In this document: piece by piece, positions 8,296 through 16,095 of the stretch
Layout: every line of letters begins with the position of its first letter
Position numbering within the stretch: position 1 is the stretch's first letter
From: Motiliproteus sp.
Lineage (GTDB): Bacteria; Pseudomonadota; Gammaproteobacteria; Pseudomonadales; Balneatricaceae
Reading direction: 5' to 3'
Length of the DNA: 64,000 nucleotides
Assembly: GCA_965230185.1 (NCBI GenBank)
Contig: OZ245995.1
Coordinates: forward strand, 1,849,583 to 1,913,582
Notes under the pieces: model-generated
What the model saw: the letters and a program-made list of their open reading frames with translations, nothing else
Databases searched by the model: none
What the model was told of the DNA's origin: nothing
Program-made: the position numbers and the translations under genes

Positions 8296-9801
8296 TCATG
8301 GGATCGCTGAACGCGAACTCGAAAACAGCAGCGGTCGCAGAATCTCCGCCAGTGCACCGATGCCTTTTTCCATCTGCGGCCGATCGAAGCCGGCAAACCC
8401 GATGACCAGCCCCTGTGGTTTTTCCGCCGTTGAGTAGAACAGCGACAGGGGGCGAATACCCAGTCCGGCGGCTTCTCCCTGGCGACAGATCTGTTGATCG
8501 CAACAGCCATCGGGCAGCAGAAAAACCGAGTGCATACCACCGTCGCTTTGCTCGGGTTTCAGTCGATCGCCGAAACGGTTGGCCATCAGCTGGTGCAGCA
8601 GCTGACGTCGCTGCTGATACAGTTTACGCATTCGCCGTACGTGACTGACGAACTGACCGCTGGCCATAAACTCCGCCAGAGCCAGCTGCGGTAGCAGCGA
8701 CAGGCCGCCGTCGATGTAACGGCGGGCGTTGCGGAACAGATCGATCAGCGATTCCGGCAGCACCAGATAACCCAGTCGGATCGACGGGTGGAGGATGCGG
8801 CTGAAGGTACCGGTGTAAAGCACGGTCGATTCTCCATCCAGTCCCTGCAGCGAGGTCAGCGGAGGCCCGTCAAAACGGATCTCGCTGTCGTAGTCATCTT
8901 CGATAATCCAGCCGCCCCGAGCGGCGGCCCAGTTAAGCAGCTCTATACGTCGCTCCAGACTGAGGGTGTAGCCCATGGGATAGTTGCGCGACGGTGTCAG
9001 CAGGGCAACGCGGGCATCAGCAGCCAGCGCCAGCCCCCGCTGTAACTGAAAACCGTCCTGATCGGCCGGGACCGAAATTTTTGCGGCACCGGCTGCGGCC
9101 AGCGCCCCATCAACGCCGTAATAGCCGGGGTCCTCCACCAGCACCGGCTCGCCGGCGTTGACCAGCAGCTGCAATGCCAGATACATGGCCTGCTGCGAGC
9201 CGGAGCAGATCATCACCTGCCGGGCATTGCAGCGGACGCCCCGGGTGATCTGCAGATAGCTGGCGATCTGTTCACGGAGCAGCTCGCTTCCCATGCCGGA
9301 CTGACCGGGTTCATGCTTCATGCGTCGTCCAGCCATCGTCACATGGCGCTGCCACTGTCCCCAGGGAAAACTGCTGACACAGGGGCTGGCGGGCAGCATA
9401 AGTCTGCCATTGGGCTGATGAGCGCTGCTCCCCAACTGGTCCAGTCGTTGTGCCAGTGCCGACAGCTCGGGCAGAGGGCGGGCAGAGCGGTTTTCACCGG
9501 TATCGCTGATGGCGGTGGGCTGTTGGTCCGGCAGGCTTCGGGATACGAAGCTGCCGGAGCCGTGCCGGGTCTCAATATAGCCTTCGGCCAGCAGCATTTC
9601 CCAGGCGGCCCGCAGGGTGTTGCGGGAGACACCCAGGGCTTCGCCAAGGGGGCGACTGGCGGGGAGACGGGTGCCCGGCGAAAGCACGCCCTGGAGAATG
9701 GCCTGCTGAAAGGCGCGAAACAGCCGCAGATATTGCGGTCCGGACTTTTCCGACTCCAGGAAAGGCAGAAACAGTTCCGATGAGAAGGCTGATGATCGCA
9801 A
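8296..9801 (-). CDS. MocR-type regulator (GntR wHTH fused to a class I aminotransferase-like domain)
   Basis: This 501-aa ORF has a GntR HTH (LPASRPLGEALGVSRNTLRAAWEMLLAEGYIETRHGSGSFV) followed by a roughly 350-aa PLP-fold domain. Confidence 0.85.
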   Translation of the reverse strand: MRSSAFSSELFLPFLESEKSGPQYLRLFRAFQQAILQGVLSPGTRLPASRPLGEALGVSRNTLRAAWEMLLAEGYIETRHGSGSFVSRSLPDQQPTAISDTGENRSARPLPELSALAQRLDQLGSSAHQPNGRLMLPASPCVSSFPWGQWQRHVTMAGRRMKHEPGQSGMGSELLREQIASYLQITRGVRCNARQVMICSGSQQAMYLALQLLVNAGEPVLVEDPGYYGVDGALAAAGAAKISVPADQDGFQLQRGLALAADARVALLTPSRNYPMGYTLSLERRIELLNWAAARGGWIIEDDYDSEIRFDGPPLTSLQGLDGESTVLYTGTFSRILHPSIRLGYLVLPESLIDLFRNARRYIDGGLSLLPQLALAEFMASGQFVSHVRRMRKLYQQRRQLLHQLMANRFGDRLKPEQSDGGMHSVFLLPDGCCDQQICRQGEAAGLGIRPLSLFYSTAEKPQGLVIGFAGFDRPQMEKGIGALAEILRPLLFSSSRSAIP

Positions 9802-9823
9802 AGTGGGCCCTTACCTTGTTTCA

Positions 9824-9849
9824 AAATGGGTCTTTAGTGAGACCCATTT
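9824..9849. promoter_or_regulatory. Perfect 10-bp inverted repeat in the MocR/GNAT divergent intergenic region (candidate operator)
   Basis: The sequence is AAATGGGTCT-ttagtg-AGACCCATTT. It lies between the divergent starts at 9801 (minus strand) and 9904 (plus strand). Confidence 0.4.
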
Positions 9850-9903
9850 GGCTCCTATCCTGAACAGAAATCAACCCACAACCAACAGATACAGGATTGA
9901 AAC

Positions 9904-10656
9904 ATGAGACAGACTGATGCGCAGGAAAAACCGTTTCCCAGAGTCCTGTCGGGTCATCCGGTGGCGGTCACTCCCCCCGGACTAGTGCCTGCTCGCCAGC
10001 CCATCGAGGGGTGCTATGTCCGGCTGGAGCCGCTGAGCGCGGCAGATCATGCCGAGGCACTGTACCAGGCCGGCCACGGCAGCAAGGAAGCGTTGCGAAT
10101 CTGGGATTACCTGGCCTATGGACCCTGGCCGGATCTGCAGAGCTATCGGCAGGCCCTGCGGCAGCAGTCCGCCAGTTTCGAACCGATCTTCTTTGCTATT
10201 CGTGATCTGGAATCCGGTGAAGTGGCTGGCCAGGCCAGCTATCTCGATATTCAGCCGGAAAATGGTGTTATCGAGATTGGTCATATCTGGTTTGGCCCGA
10301 CGCTTCAGCGAACCCGGGCAGCCACCGAAGCGCTGTTTCTGATGATTCGCCATGCCATGGATGAGCTGGGTTACCGGCGGATGGAGTGGCGTTGCAATGC
10401 TCTGAACGCCGGATCCCGAAAGGCGGCGAGAAGACTCGGCTTCCGCTTCGAAGGGGTGTTTTTCAATCACATGATATTCAAAGGGAAGAACCGGGATACC
10501 GCCTGGTACTCGATTCTGGACAACGAGTGGCCGGTAATCCGGGAAGTGATGGAAAGCTGGCTGCGCCCGCAAAATTTCGATGGCAACGGTATGGCGCTGA
10601 CTTCGCTGTCGGAGTGCATGAACAATCGTGGACCGGACGTTCGGAGCCGCCTCTGA
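9904..10656 (+). CDS. GNAT family N-acetyltransferase (RimJ/RimL-like)
   Basis: This 250-aa ORF is a paralogue of the next gene (shared GVIEIGHIWF / LGYRRMEWRCNALNAGSRKAARRLGFRFEGVF / RDTAWYSI blocks). Confidence 0.8.
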   Translation: MRQTDAQEKPFPRVLSGHPVAVTPPGLVPARQPIEGCYVRLEPLSAADHAEALYQAGHGSKEALRIWDYLAYGPWPDLQSYRQALRQQSASFEPIFFAIRDLESGEVAGQASYLDIQPENGVIEIGHIWFGPTLQRTRAATEALFLMIRHAMDELGYRRMEWRCNALNAGSRKAARRLGFRFEGVFFNHMIFKGKNRDTAWYSILDNEWPVIREVMESWLRPQNFDGNGMALTSLSECMNNRGPDVRSRL

Positions 10657-10676
10657 GAGGCGAAGGAGGATATTGT

Positions 10677-11384
10677 ATGAACAGTTTTGAGAGCACTACG
10701 GACCGGCCGGTTGGAGCGCCGGTCAGTGGCTGGAGCGGATGTAGCGTACCGCCCCATAGGACCCTGAAGGGACGGTATTGTGAGCTGCATCCCCTCAGTG
10801 TCGAACGTCACGGCAGAGCACTGTACGAAGCCTTTGGTCGGGATGCCGGCGGGAAGAACTGGACTTATCTGCCAGTTGAGCCTTTCGAAGATTACAGCGA
10901 ATTTGAACACTGGTTTCGGGGCTGTGCTGACAGTGAAGACCCGCAGTTCTATGCGGTCGTCGATGCCAGCACCGGCAGGGCCCTGGGGATGGCCAGCTAT
11001 TTGCGACCGGATCCGGCTAACGGAGTGATAGAGGTGGGGCATATCCATTTCTCGCCACTATTGCAGCGCACACCCATGGGCACAGAAGCCATGTATCTGA
11101 TGATGGGGCGTGTCTTCGACCAACTTGGCTACCGCCGCTATGAATGGAAATGTGATGCGCTGAATGAAGCGTCCAGAAAAGCGGCCGCAAGGCTCGGGTT
11201 TCAGTTCGAAGGTATCTTCCGGCAGGCCCTCGTCTACAAGGGACGCAACCGGGATACCGCCTGGTTTTCGGTGATCGACCGGGACTGGCCGTCGCTGAAG
11301 TCGGCCTTCGAGCAGTGGCTGCATCCCGATAATTTTGATCAGCAGGGAAACCAGATCAGTAGCCTCGGTATGTTCCGCTATTAG
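10677..11384 (+). CDS. GNAT family N-acetyltransferase (paralogue of the upstream gene)
   Basis: The product is 235 aa from the ATG at 10677, which is preceded by an AAGGAGGA Shine-Dalgarno site. The longer ORF starting at 10386 overlaps the previous gene. Conserved blocks are GVIEVGHIHF and LGYRRYEWKCDALNEASRKAAARLGFQFEGIF. Confidence 0.8.
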   Translation: MNSFESTTDRPVGAPVSGWSGCSVPPHRTLKGRYCELHPLSVERHGRALYEAFGRDAGGKNWTYLPVEPFEDYSEFEHWFRGCADSEDPQFYAVVDASTGRALGMASYLRPDPANGVIEVGHIHFSPLLQRTPMGTEAMYLMMGRVFDQLGYRRYEWKCDALNEASRKAAARLGFQFEGIFRQALVYKGRNRDTAWFSVIDRDWPSLKSAFEQWLHPDNFDQQGNQISSLGMFRY

Positions 11385-11436
11385 TCATCTGTCACTCGGA
11401 TGGAAAAGGTCCGGGTGACGAGTAAGGAGAGATTCA

Positions 11437-11913
11437 ATGAGCGGCAGTATCAGTGAAATGCCGGTTCGGGTGCGCAGTCTGCAGCCGGAGGACCGGGGGC
11501 AGTGGCAGGCGCTGTACATGGGCTATGCCGATTTTTATGGTGTCGAGATGGCTGAGGAGACTCTGAATCGGGTCTGGTCATGGATATTCGATCCGAACAA
11601 CCCTTTTTACGGTCTGGTGGCGCAACGTAGCGACGGTCAGCTGGTGGGGCTGATGCACTTTCGGGCGATGCCGTCACCGCTGCGTGGTGCCGTTGTCGGG
11701 TTTCTCGACGATCTCTATGTGGATCCGCAGAGTCGCGGGCTGGGTACGGTGGACGCCCTGTTTGAGGAGCTGAAGCTGCAGGCCCGTGAATATGGCTGGC
11801 CCTTCGTGCGCTGGATTACCGGGGATGACAACTATCGGGCGCGCAGTGTCTACGACCGGCTGGCGGAAAAGACCGGGTGGGTCACCTACCAGCTGGATAC
11901 CGGCGAACGCTGA
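11437..11913 (+). CDS. GNAT family N-acetyltransferase (small, single domain)
   Basis: This 158-aa ORF has an acetyl-CoA-binding-type segment, LYVDPQSRGLGTVDALFEEL. Confidence 0.75.
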   Translation: MSGSISEMPVRVRSLQPEDRGQWQALYMGYADFYGVEMAEETLNRVWSWIFDPNNPFYGLVAQRSDGQLVGLMHFRAMPSPLRGAVVGFLDDLYVDPQSRGLGTVDALFEELKLQAREYGWPFVRWITGDDNYRARSVYDRLAEKTGWVTYQLDTGER

Positions 11914-11928
11914 CAGGAGGCGGACGAA

Positions 11929-12480
11929 GTGTTGGAAGCTCTGTTATCACTGATAGCCGTTTCAATGCTGCTGATCGGGTCTCCCGGGCCGGCGCCGCTG
12001 GCGCTGGCTGCGGTGGGGGCGCGGGATGGGATCAGGAACGGTCTGCCTTTTCTGGGTGGCGTGCTCTGCGGTCTGATGGTCGCCAGCGCAGGCGCGGCCC
12101 TGGGACTGGCGACCCTGTTCGAGCGCTGGCCGCAGCTGCAGTTCTTCGCGCAGCTGCTGGGGGCGGGCTGGATCTGCTATCTGGCGTACCGAATGATGTG
12201 TCCGGCGGCGAATGGAAGAGCAGGAGATGAGGCGGGTCGCTGTTCTACCTTCATTGACGGAGCGCTGCTGAACTCTCTGAACCCCAAAGCCTGGGCGGCA
12301 TTTCTGGTCATTTTCTCTCAGTTCCCCCTGCCGTTTTCCGACGCTCGAATCAGTGTGGCAGTCACGGAGCTGGTCTGCATGCTGGTGGCAGTGGTGGTCG
12401 CATTCGCCTGGCTCTGGTCCGGCAGTTTGCTGAAAAGCCTGCTGATGGTGACCACGGTGCTAGCCTCCTTTGCACTCTGA
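11929..12480 (+). CDS. LysE/RhtB family amino-acid exporter
   Basis: This 183-aa hydrophobic ORF starts at GTG with an AGGAGG site 8 nt upstream. The N-terminal SPGPAPLALAAVG motif is typical of LysE-type translocators. It is slightly short for the family. Confidence 0.65.
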   Translation: MLEALLSLIAVSMLLIGSPGPAPLALAAVGARDGIRNGLPFLGGVLCGLMVASAGAALGLATLFERWPQLQFFAQLLGAGWICYLAYRMMCPAANGRAGDEAGRCSTFIDGALLNSLNPKAWAAFLVIFSQFPLPFSDARISVAVTELVCMLVAVVVAFAWLWSGSLLKSLLMVTTVLASFAL

Positions 12481-12695
12481 ATTGGGTGGTTGCTACGCGG
12501 TCAGTAATGTTGCAGTCACGGGCAGCAATTACGGCGGTTTTTGCAGGATTGATGCTTGTCTTTCTGATACCGGTATTAGTGGGACTGCCGGATTAGTCCG
12601 GTCCACTATCGACTAATAATGGCTCTGCCGAGGCGCTGTCACGGGACCGCCACGTATATGGTCTGAATTCAACCACTGCAAAAAGGAAAAATGTG

Positions 12696-13223
12696 ATGAT
12701 CAATCAAGTACCTGACGCTTTGTTCAAAACCCGTGTGCGCAACGACAGTCTGGGCGGTCCCAACCCCTTCGAGTGGAAGGAGCTGAGTTCAAACGATATT
12801 TTCAAAGATAAGAAGGTTGCATTACTTGCAGTACCCGGTGCATTCACCCCGGCTTGTTCGGATAGTCACCTTCCTGGATACGATACCCGTGCCAATGAGT
12901 TTTATGCTTTGGGAATAGACTCCATCATCTGCCTATCAGTCAACGATGCCTTCGTGATGTTTCAGTGGGCAAGAGCACAAAACATCGAACATGTCTTTAT
13001 GCTGCCAGACGGCAACGGTGAGTTCACCCGCAAGATGGGCATGCTGGTAGACCGATCCAGGCAGGGGCTGGGCATGCGCAGTTGGCGCTATTCGCTGTAC
13101 ATTGAAAACTGCAAGATCCTTAAGGCCTTTGTGGAACCCGGTTTTAAGGACAACCCCGATGGCGTGCCAGTCACCGTCTCAGGTGCCGATACCATGTTGG
13201 AGTATCTTCGTGCTCAACAATAA
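12696..13223 (+). CDS. Peroxiredoxin, Prx5-like (AhpC/TSA family)
   Basis: The PGAFTPACS peroxidatic-Cys motif is present and the product is about 175 aa. The ATG at 12696 has an AAGGA site 9 nt upstream. Confidence 0.85.
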   Translation: MINQVPDALFKTRVRNDSLGGPNPFEWKELSSNDIFKDKKVALLAVPGAFTPACSDSHLPGYDTRANEFYALGIDSIICLSVNDAFVMFQWARAQNIEHVFMLPDGNGEFTRKMGMLVDRSRQGLGMRSWRYSLYIENCKILKAFVEPGFKDNPDGVPVTVSGADTMLEYLRAQQ

Positions 13224-13291
13224 CTTTGCTTCATTATCCCATTATCAGCATCCTCAAAAAGATGCCTTTCTCACACCAGAGGTCCAGTACG

Positions 13292-13642
13292 ATGATTGCC
13301 GTTATTTTTGAAGTTAACCTTGCTGAAGGAAAGACCCAGGAGTACTTAGATATCGCTGCGGATCTGAAGCCGTTATTGGAGGGTACCGACGGTTTCATTT
13401 CCGTCGAACGCTTTTCCAGCCTGGTGGAAGAGGGCAAAGTTCTTTCGTTGTCTTTTTGGCGAGATGAGGAGGCTGTGAACGCCTGGCGAAACCTGGAGGC
13501 ACATCGGCATGCTCAAGCCAAAGGGCGTGGTGGCGTATTTAGCGATTATCGGCTCCGAGTGGCTAACGTATCCAGGGACTACGGAATGAAAAACCGGGAA
13601 CAAACACCTTCAGATAGCTTGAAAAGGCATGCAACAGGTTAG
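13292..13642 (+). CDS. Antibiotic-biosynthesis-monooxygenase (ABM) domain protein
   Basis: The product is 116 aa from the internal ATG. MIAVIFEVNLAEGKTQEYLDIAADLKPLLEGTDGFISVERF...SFWRDEEAVNAWRN is a typical ABM ferredoxin-like fold pattern. Confidence 0.7.
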   Translation: MIAVIFEVNLAEGKTQEYLDIAADLKPLLEGTDGFISVERFSSLVEEGKVLSLSFWRDEEAVNAWRNLEAHRHAQAKGRGGVFSDYRLRVANVSRDYGMKNREQTPSDSLKRHATG

Positions 13643-14255
13643 CGGAGCTGTGTTCTGTTATGAGCATAATCTGGACTTCCCCTGACTGACTCGGGGAAGA
13701 ACGCAGAATTCGGAAAAAATCGTACGCTAAGGAATTATTGCCATTCGTAGGGGGGCGAAACGGTCCCTCCTTTGATCTTGCATCGCTGACGCTTTCCTCG
13801 TGAGAGCCTGCTGCACGCTTCTCCGTGATGAAGAGGGTTGAAGAGCGACAGGTATTGCGACACCTTCCGATGCAGACCACCTGCATCAATTTTAGAAGTG
13901 CCCACAAAACTGGGGTAGGGCCTCTTTGCCGACATGCGGCCTCAGGTCTCGAGACTGTCCGGAAAGCTGGACAGGTAAATATCCGACAGGCCGGCCACAA
14001 TCCCGGCGTTCTGTGACAGCTGCCCGAAATTATGCCGAATTTTCACCGATATACCCGTCCTGGCGGCGGCCAGACTGATCTGTAATAACCAGGTAATAAA
14101 GGCTAATGCAGTTCGGCGCTGTTCTGTGTCATCCTGAAGTTAACGCGGCAGCGCCTGCTGCACCATAACGATAATCGGAGTCGCTGTTCCCGGTCCGGCG
14201 GAGATGACGGTCGCCATTTTCCAGCCCGGGCGTGGCTGACGAATGAGATACAGCA

Positions 14256-15719
14256 ATGCTCAATCACCTCTTTCATCTCTCACCGGACAGCGAGTCCAGT
14301 CTGCAGCAGCAGGTGCGGGAGCAGATTTCCGCGGCCATTCTCGACGGTCATATCCCGCTGGATGTACCGTTGCCCTCGACCCGCAAGCTGGCGGAGATGC
14401 TGGGCATTTCCCGCAATACGGTGATTCTGGCGTATCAGCACCTGATGGACGACGGCTACCTGGTATCCCGGGAGCGAGCCGGCTTCTACGTCAACGAGGA
14501 GATCCTCAAAGGTAATATCCGCGATGACGTCAGGGTCTGCGTCAAGCCCTCATCGCCGCCGGACTGGAACAGGCATCTGAAGAACAGACCCACCGAGCGC
14601 AAGCTGAACAAGCTGCACAACTGGCAGGCCTATCCCTATCCGTTTATTTACGGACAGCTGGATCCTGATATGTTCCCCACCAATCACTGGCGGGAGTGCT
14701 GCCGCGATGTGGGGAGTGTTCAGGCGATCCGGGACTGGGCCAGCGACTGTTACGATGAAGACGATCCGCTGCTGATCGAGCAGATTCACTCCCGCATCCT
14801 GCCCCGGCGCGGTGTCTGGGCCGATCCCGATCAGATCCTGATTACCGTGGGGGCGCAGCATGCCCTCTATATGGTGTTGCGGTTACTGCTGAACAGCTCC
14901 ACCACCATGGGGCTGGAGCAGCCGGGGTATCCGGATGTCACCCGGATAGCCGGTTGCACCGGGACCGCTACCCGGGATCTGGAGGTGGATCAGGACGGTC
15001 TGGTGGTGGATGATCAGCTTAACGGCTGCGATCTGATTTTCACCACGCCCAGCCACCACTTTCCCACTACGGTCACCATGCCGCTGGATCGTCGGGTAGC
15101 GCTGCTGGACAGGGCTTCATCGGAAGATTTCCTGATTATCGAAGACGATTACGAGTGTGAGACCAGCTTCGCCGAGCAGCCAACACCGGCTCTGAAGAGT
15201 CTCGATCGCAGTGACCGGGTGATCTATCTGGGCAGCCTCTCGAAGACCCTGGCGCCGGGATTACGGCTTGGCTATATGGTCGGTCCGCGGGAGCTGATTC
15301 AGGAGGTGCGTGAATTTCGGCGGATGATGATGCGTCACCCGCCCATGAACAATCAGCGGGCCATCGGCCTGTTTCTGGCCAGAGGTTACCACGACTCTCA
15401 GATTCGCAGTCTGGTGCAGCTCTACGAAGAGCGCTGGAAAGTACTGGGTGAATCGCTGCAGGCCTGTCTGCCGGAATCCGCCAGACCGCCGGTGTTCGGT
15501 GGTTCTGCCTACTGGGTCAGGGGGCCGGAAGGGCTGGATGCCCGGGAATTGAAACGGCGAGCGCTGGAGCGGGGGGTGGTGATCGAATCCGGCGATATCT
15601 ATTTCCATGGTGATAACCCGCCGCTTAATTATTTCCGCCTCGGCTACTCCTCTATTGCCACCGAACGTATCCGTCCGGGGATTGATCGGCTCGCCGAGAT
15701 TATCAGTGACCTGACCTGA
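14256..15719 (+). CDS. MocR-type regulator (GntR wHTH + aminotransferase-like domain), second copy
   Basis: This 487-aa ORF has the HTH LPSTRKLAEMLGISRNTVILAYQHLMDDGYLVSRERAGFYV followed by a PLP-fold domain. Confidence 0.85.
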   Translation: MLNHLFHLSPDSESSLQQQVREQISAAILDGHIPLDVPLPSTRKLAEMLGISRNTVILAYQHLMDDGYLVSRERAGFYVNEEILKGNIRDDVRVCVKPSSPPDWNRHLKNRPTERKLNKLHNWQAYPYPFIYGQLDPDMFPTNHWRECCRDVGSVQAIRDWASDCYDEDDPLLIEQIHSRILPRRGVWADPDQILITVGAQHALYMVLRLLLNSSTTMGLEQPGYPDVTRIAGCTGTATRDLEVDQDGLVVDDQLNGCDLIFTTPSHHFPTTVTMPLDRRVALLDRASSEDFLIIEDDYECETSFAEQPTPALKSLDRSDRVIYLGSLSKTLAPGLRLGYMVGPRELIQEVREFRRMMMRHPPMNNQRAIGLFLARGYHDSQIRSLVQLYEERWKVLGESLQACLPESARPPVFGGSAYWVRGPEGLDARELKRRALERGVVIESGDIYFHGDNPPLNYFRLGYSSIATERIRPGIDRLAEIISDLT

Positions 15720-16095
15720 GCCTGCCGGAGCAGGTGGATGTCGCCGCCACCTCTGAAAACAGCGGCGGCGTAGTGGGGGAGACGGTCGAATTTTCCCTCT
15801 GAGTCGCACCGGATACCGGTGGCTGTGATGGTCGGATTCTGCAGTGGTTTTTGCTTCTTTTTCATCGCTTCGCCGGTGAAAAATATTTTCCACAATGTCA
15901 ATTCTTTTAATACGGAAACAGCCCGGTATAATGCGCGCCCGGCCCCTGAATAATCTGATCGGGGCTGTTCACCATAATCATCCATTCAGCGGAGTTCTAA
16001 TGCTCAGGTAGTCTCTGAACATCGGCTTGTTACACCCTTTTTACTCCGTTTCTTCATTCGTTACGCTAACCATTCTGCATTGATATAGGTCGTCT

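Noticed and set aside
7343-8540. Multiple 64-150-aa ORFs overlapping the LysR and MocR genes on both strands.
   Set aside because: All are nested in, or antisense to, well-supported regulator genes. Their composition is Arg/Pro/Gly-rich, as expected for off-frame GC-rich DNA.
12420-12600. Possible 3' frameshift in the LysE-family gene. A hydrophobic helix-like segment (SRAAITAVFAGLMLVFLIPVLVGL) is encoded in another frame just after the stop.
   Set aside because: I could not align either C-terminus convincingly to the family from memory. A product of 183 aa is only slightly short. This was left as an intact CDS with reduced confidence.
13942-14217. A 91-codon minus-strand reading frame, divergent from the second MocR gene, is interrupted by a single in-frame TAA at 14140-14142 (MATVISAGPGTATPIIVMVQQALPR*LQDDTEQRR...SSFPDSLET). 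It was considered as a nonsense-inactivated partner gene.
   Set aside because: No family was recognised. A stop-free run of 65 codons is not improbable at this GC content. There is no ribosome-binding site. This is too weak to annotate as a pseudogene, and blastx could revisit it.
15644-15985. A 113-aa minus-strand ORF (internal start MKKKQKPLQNPT...) between the second MocR gene and the GIY-YIG-like gene.
   Set aside because: It overlaps the 3' end of the MocR gene by 76 nt. It has no Shine-Dalgarno site and no recognisable domain. It is probably non-coding.
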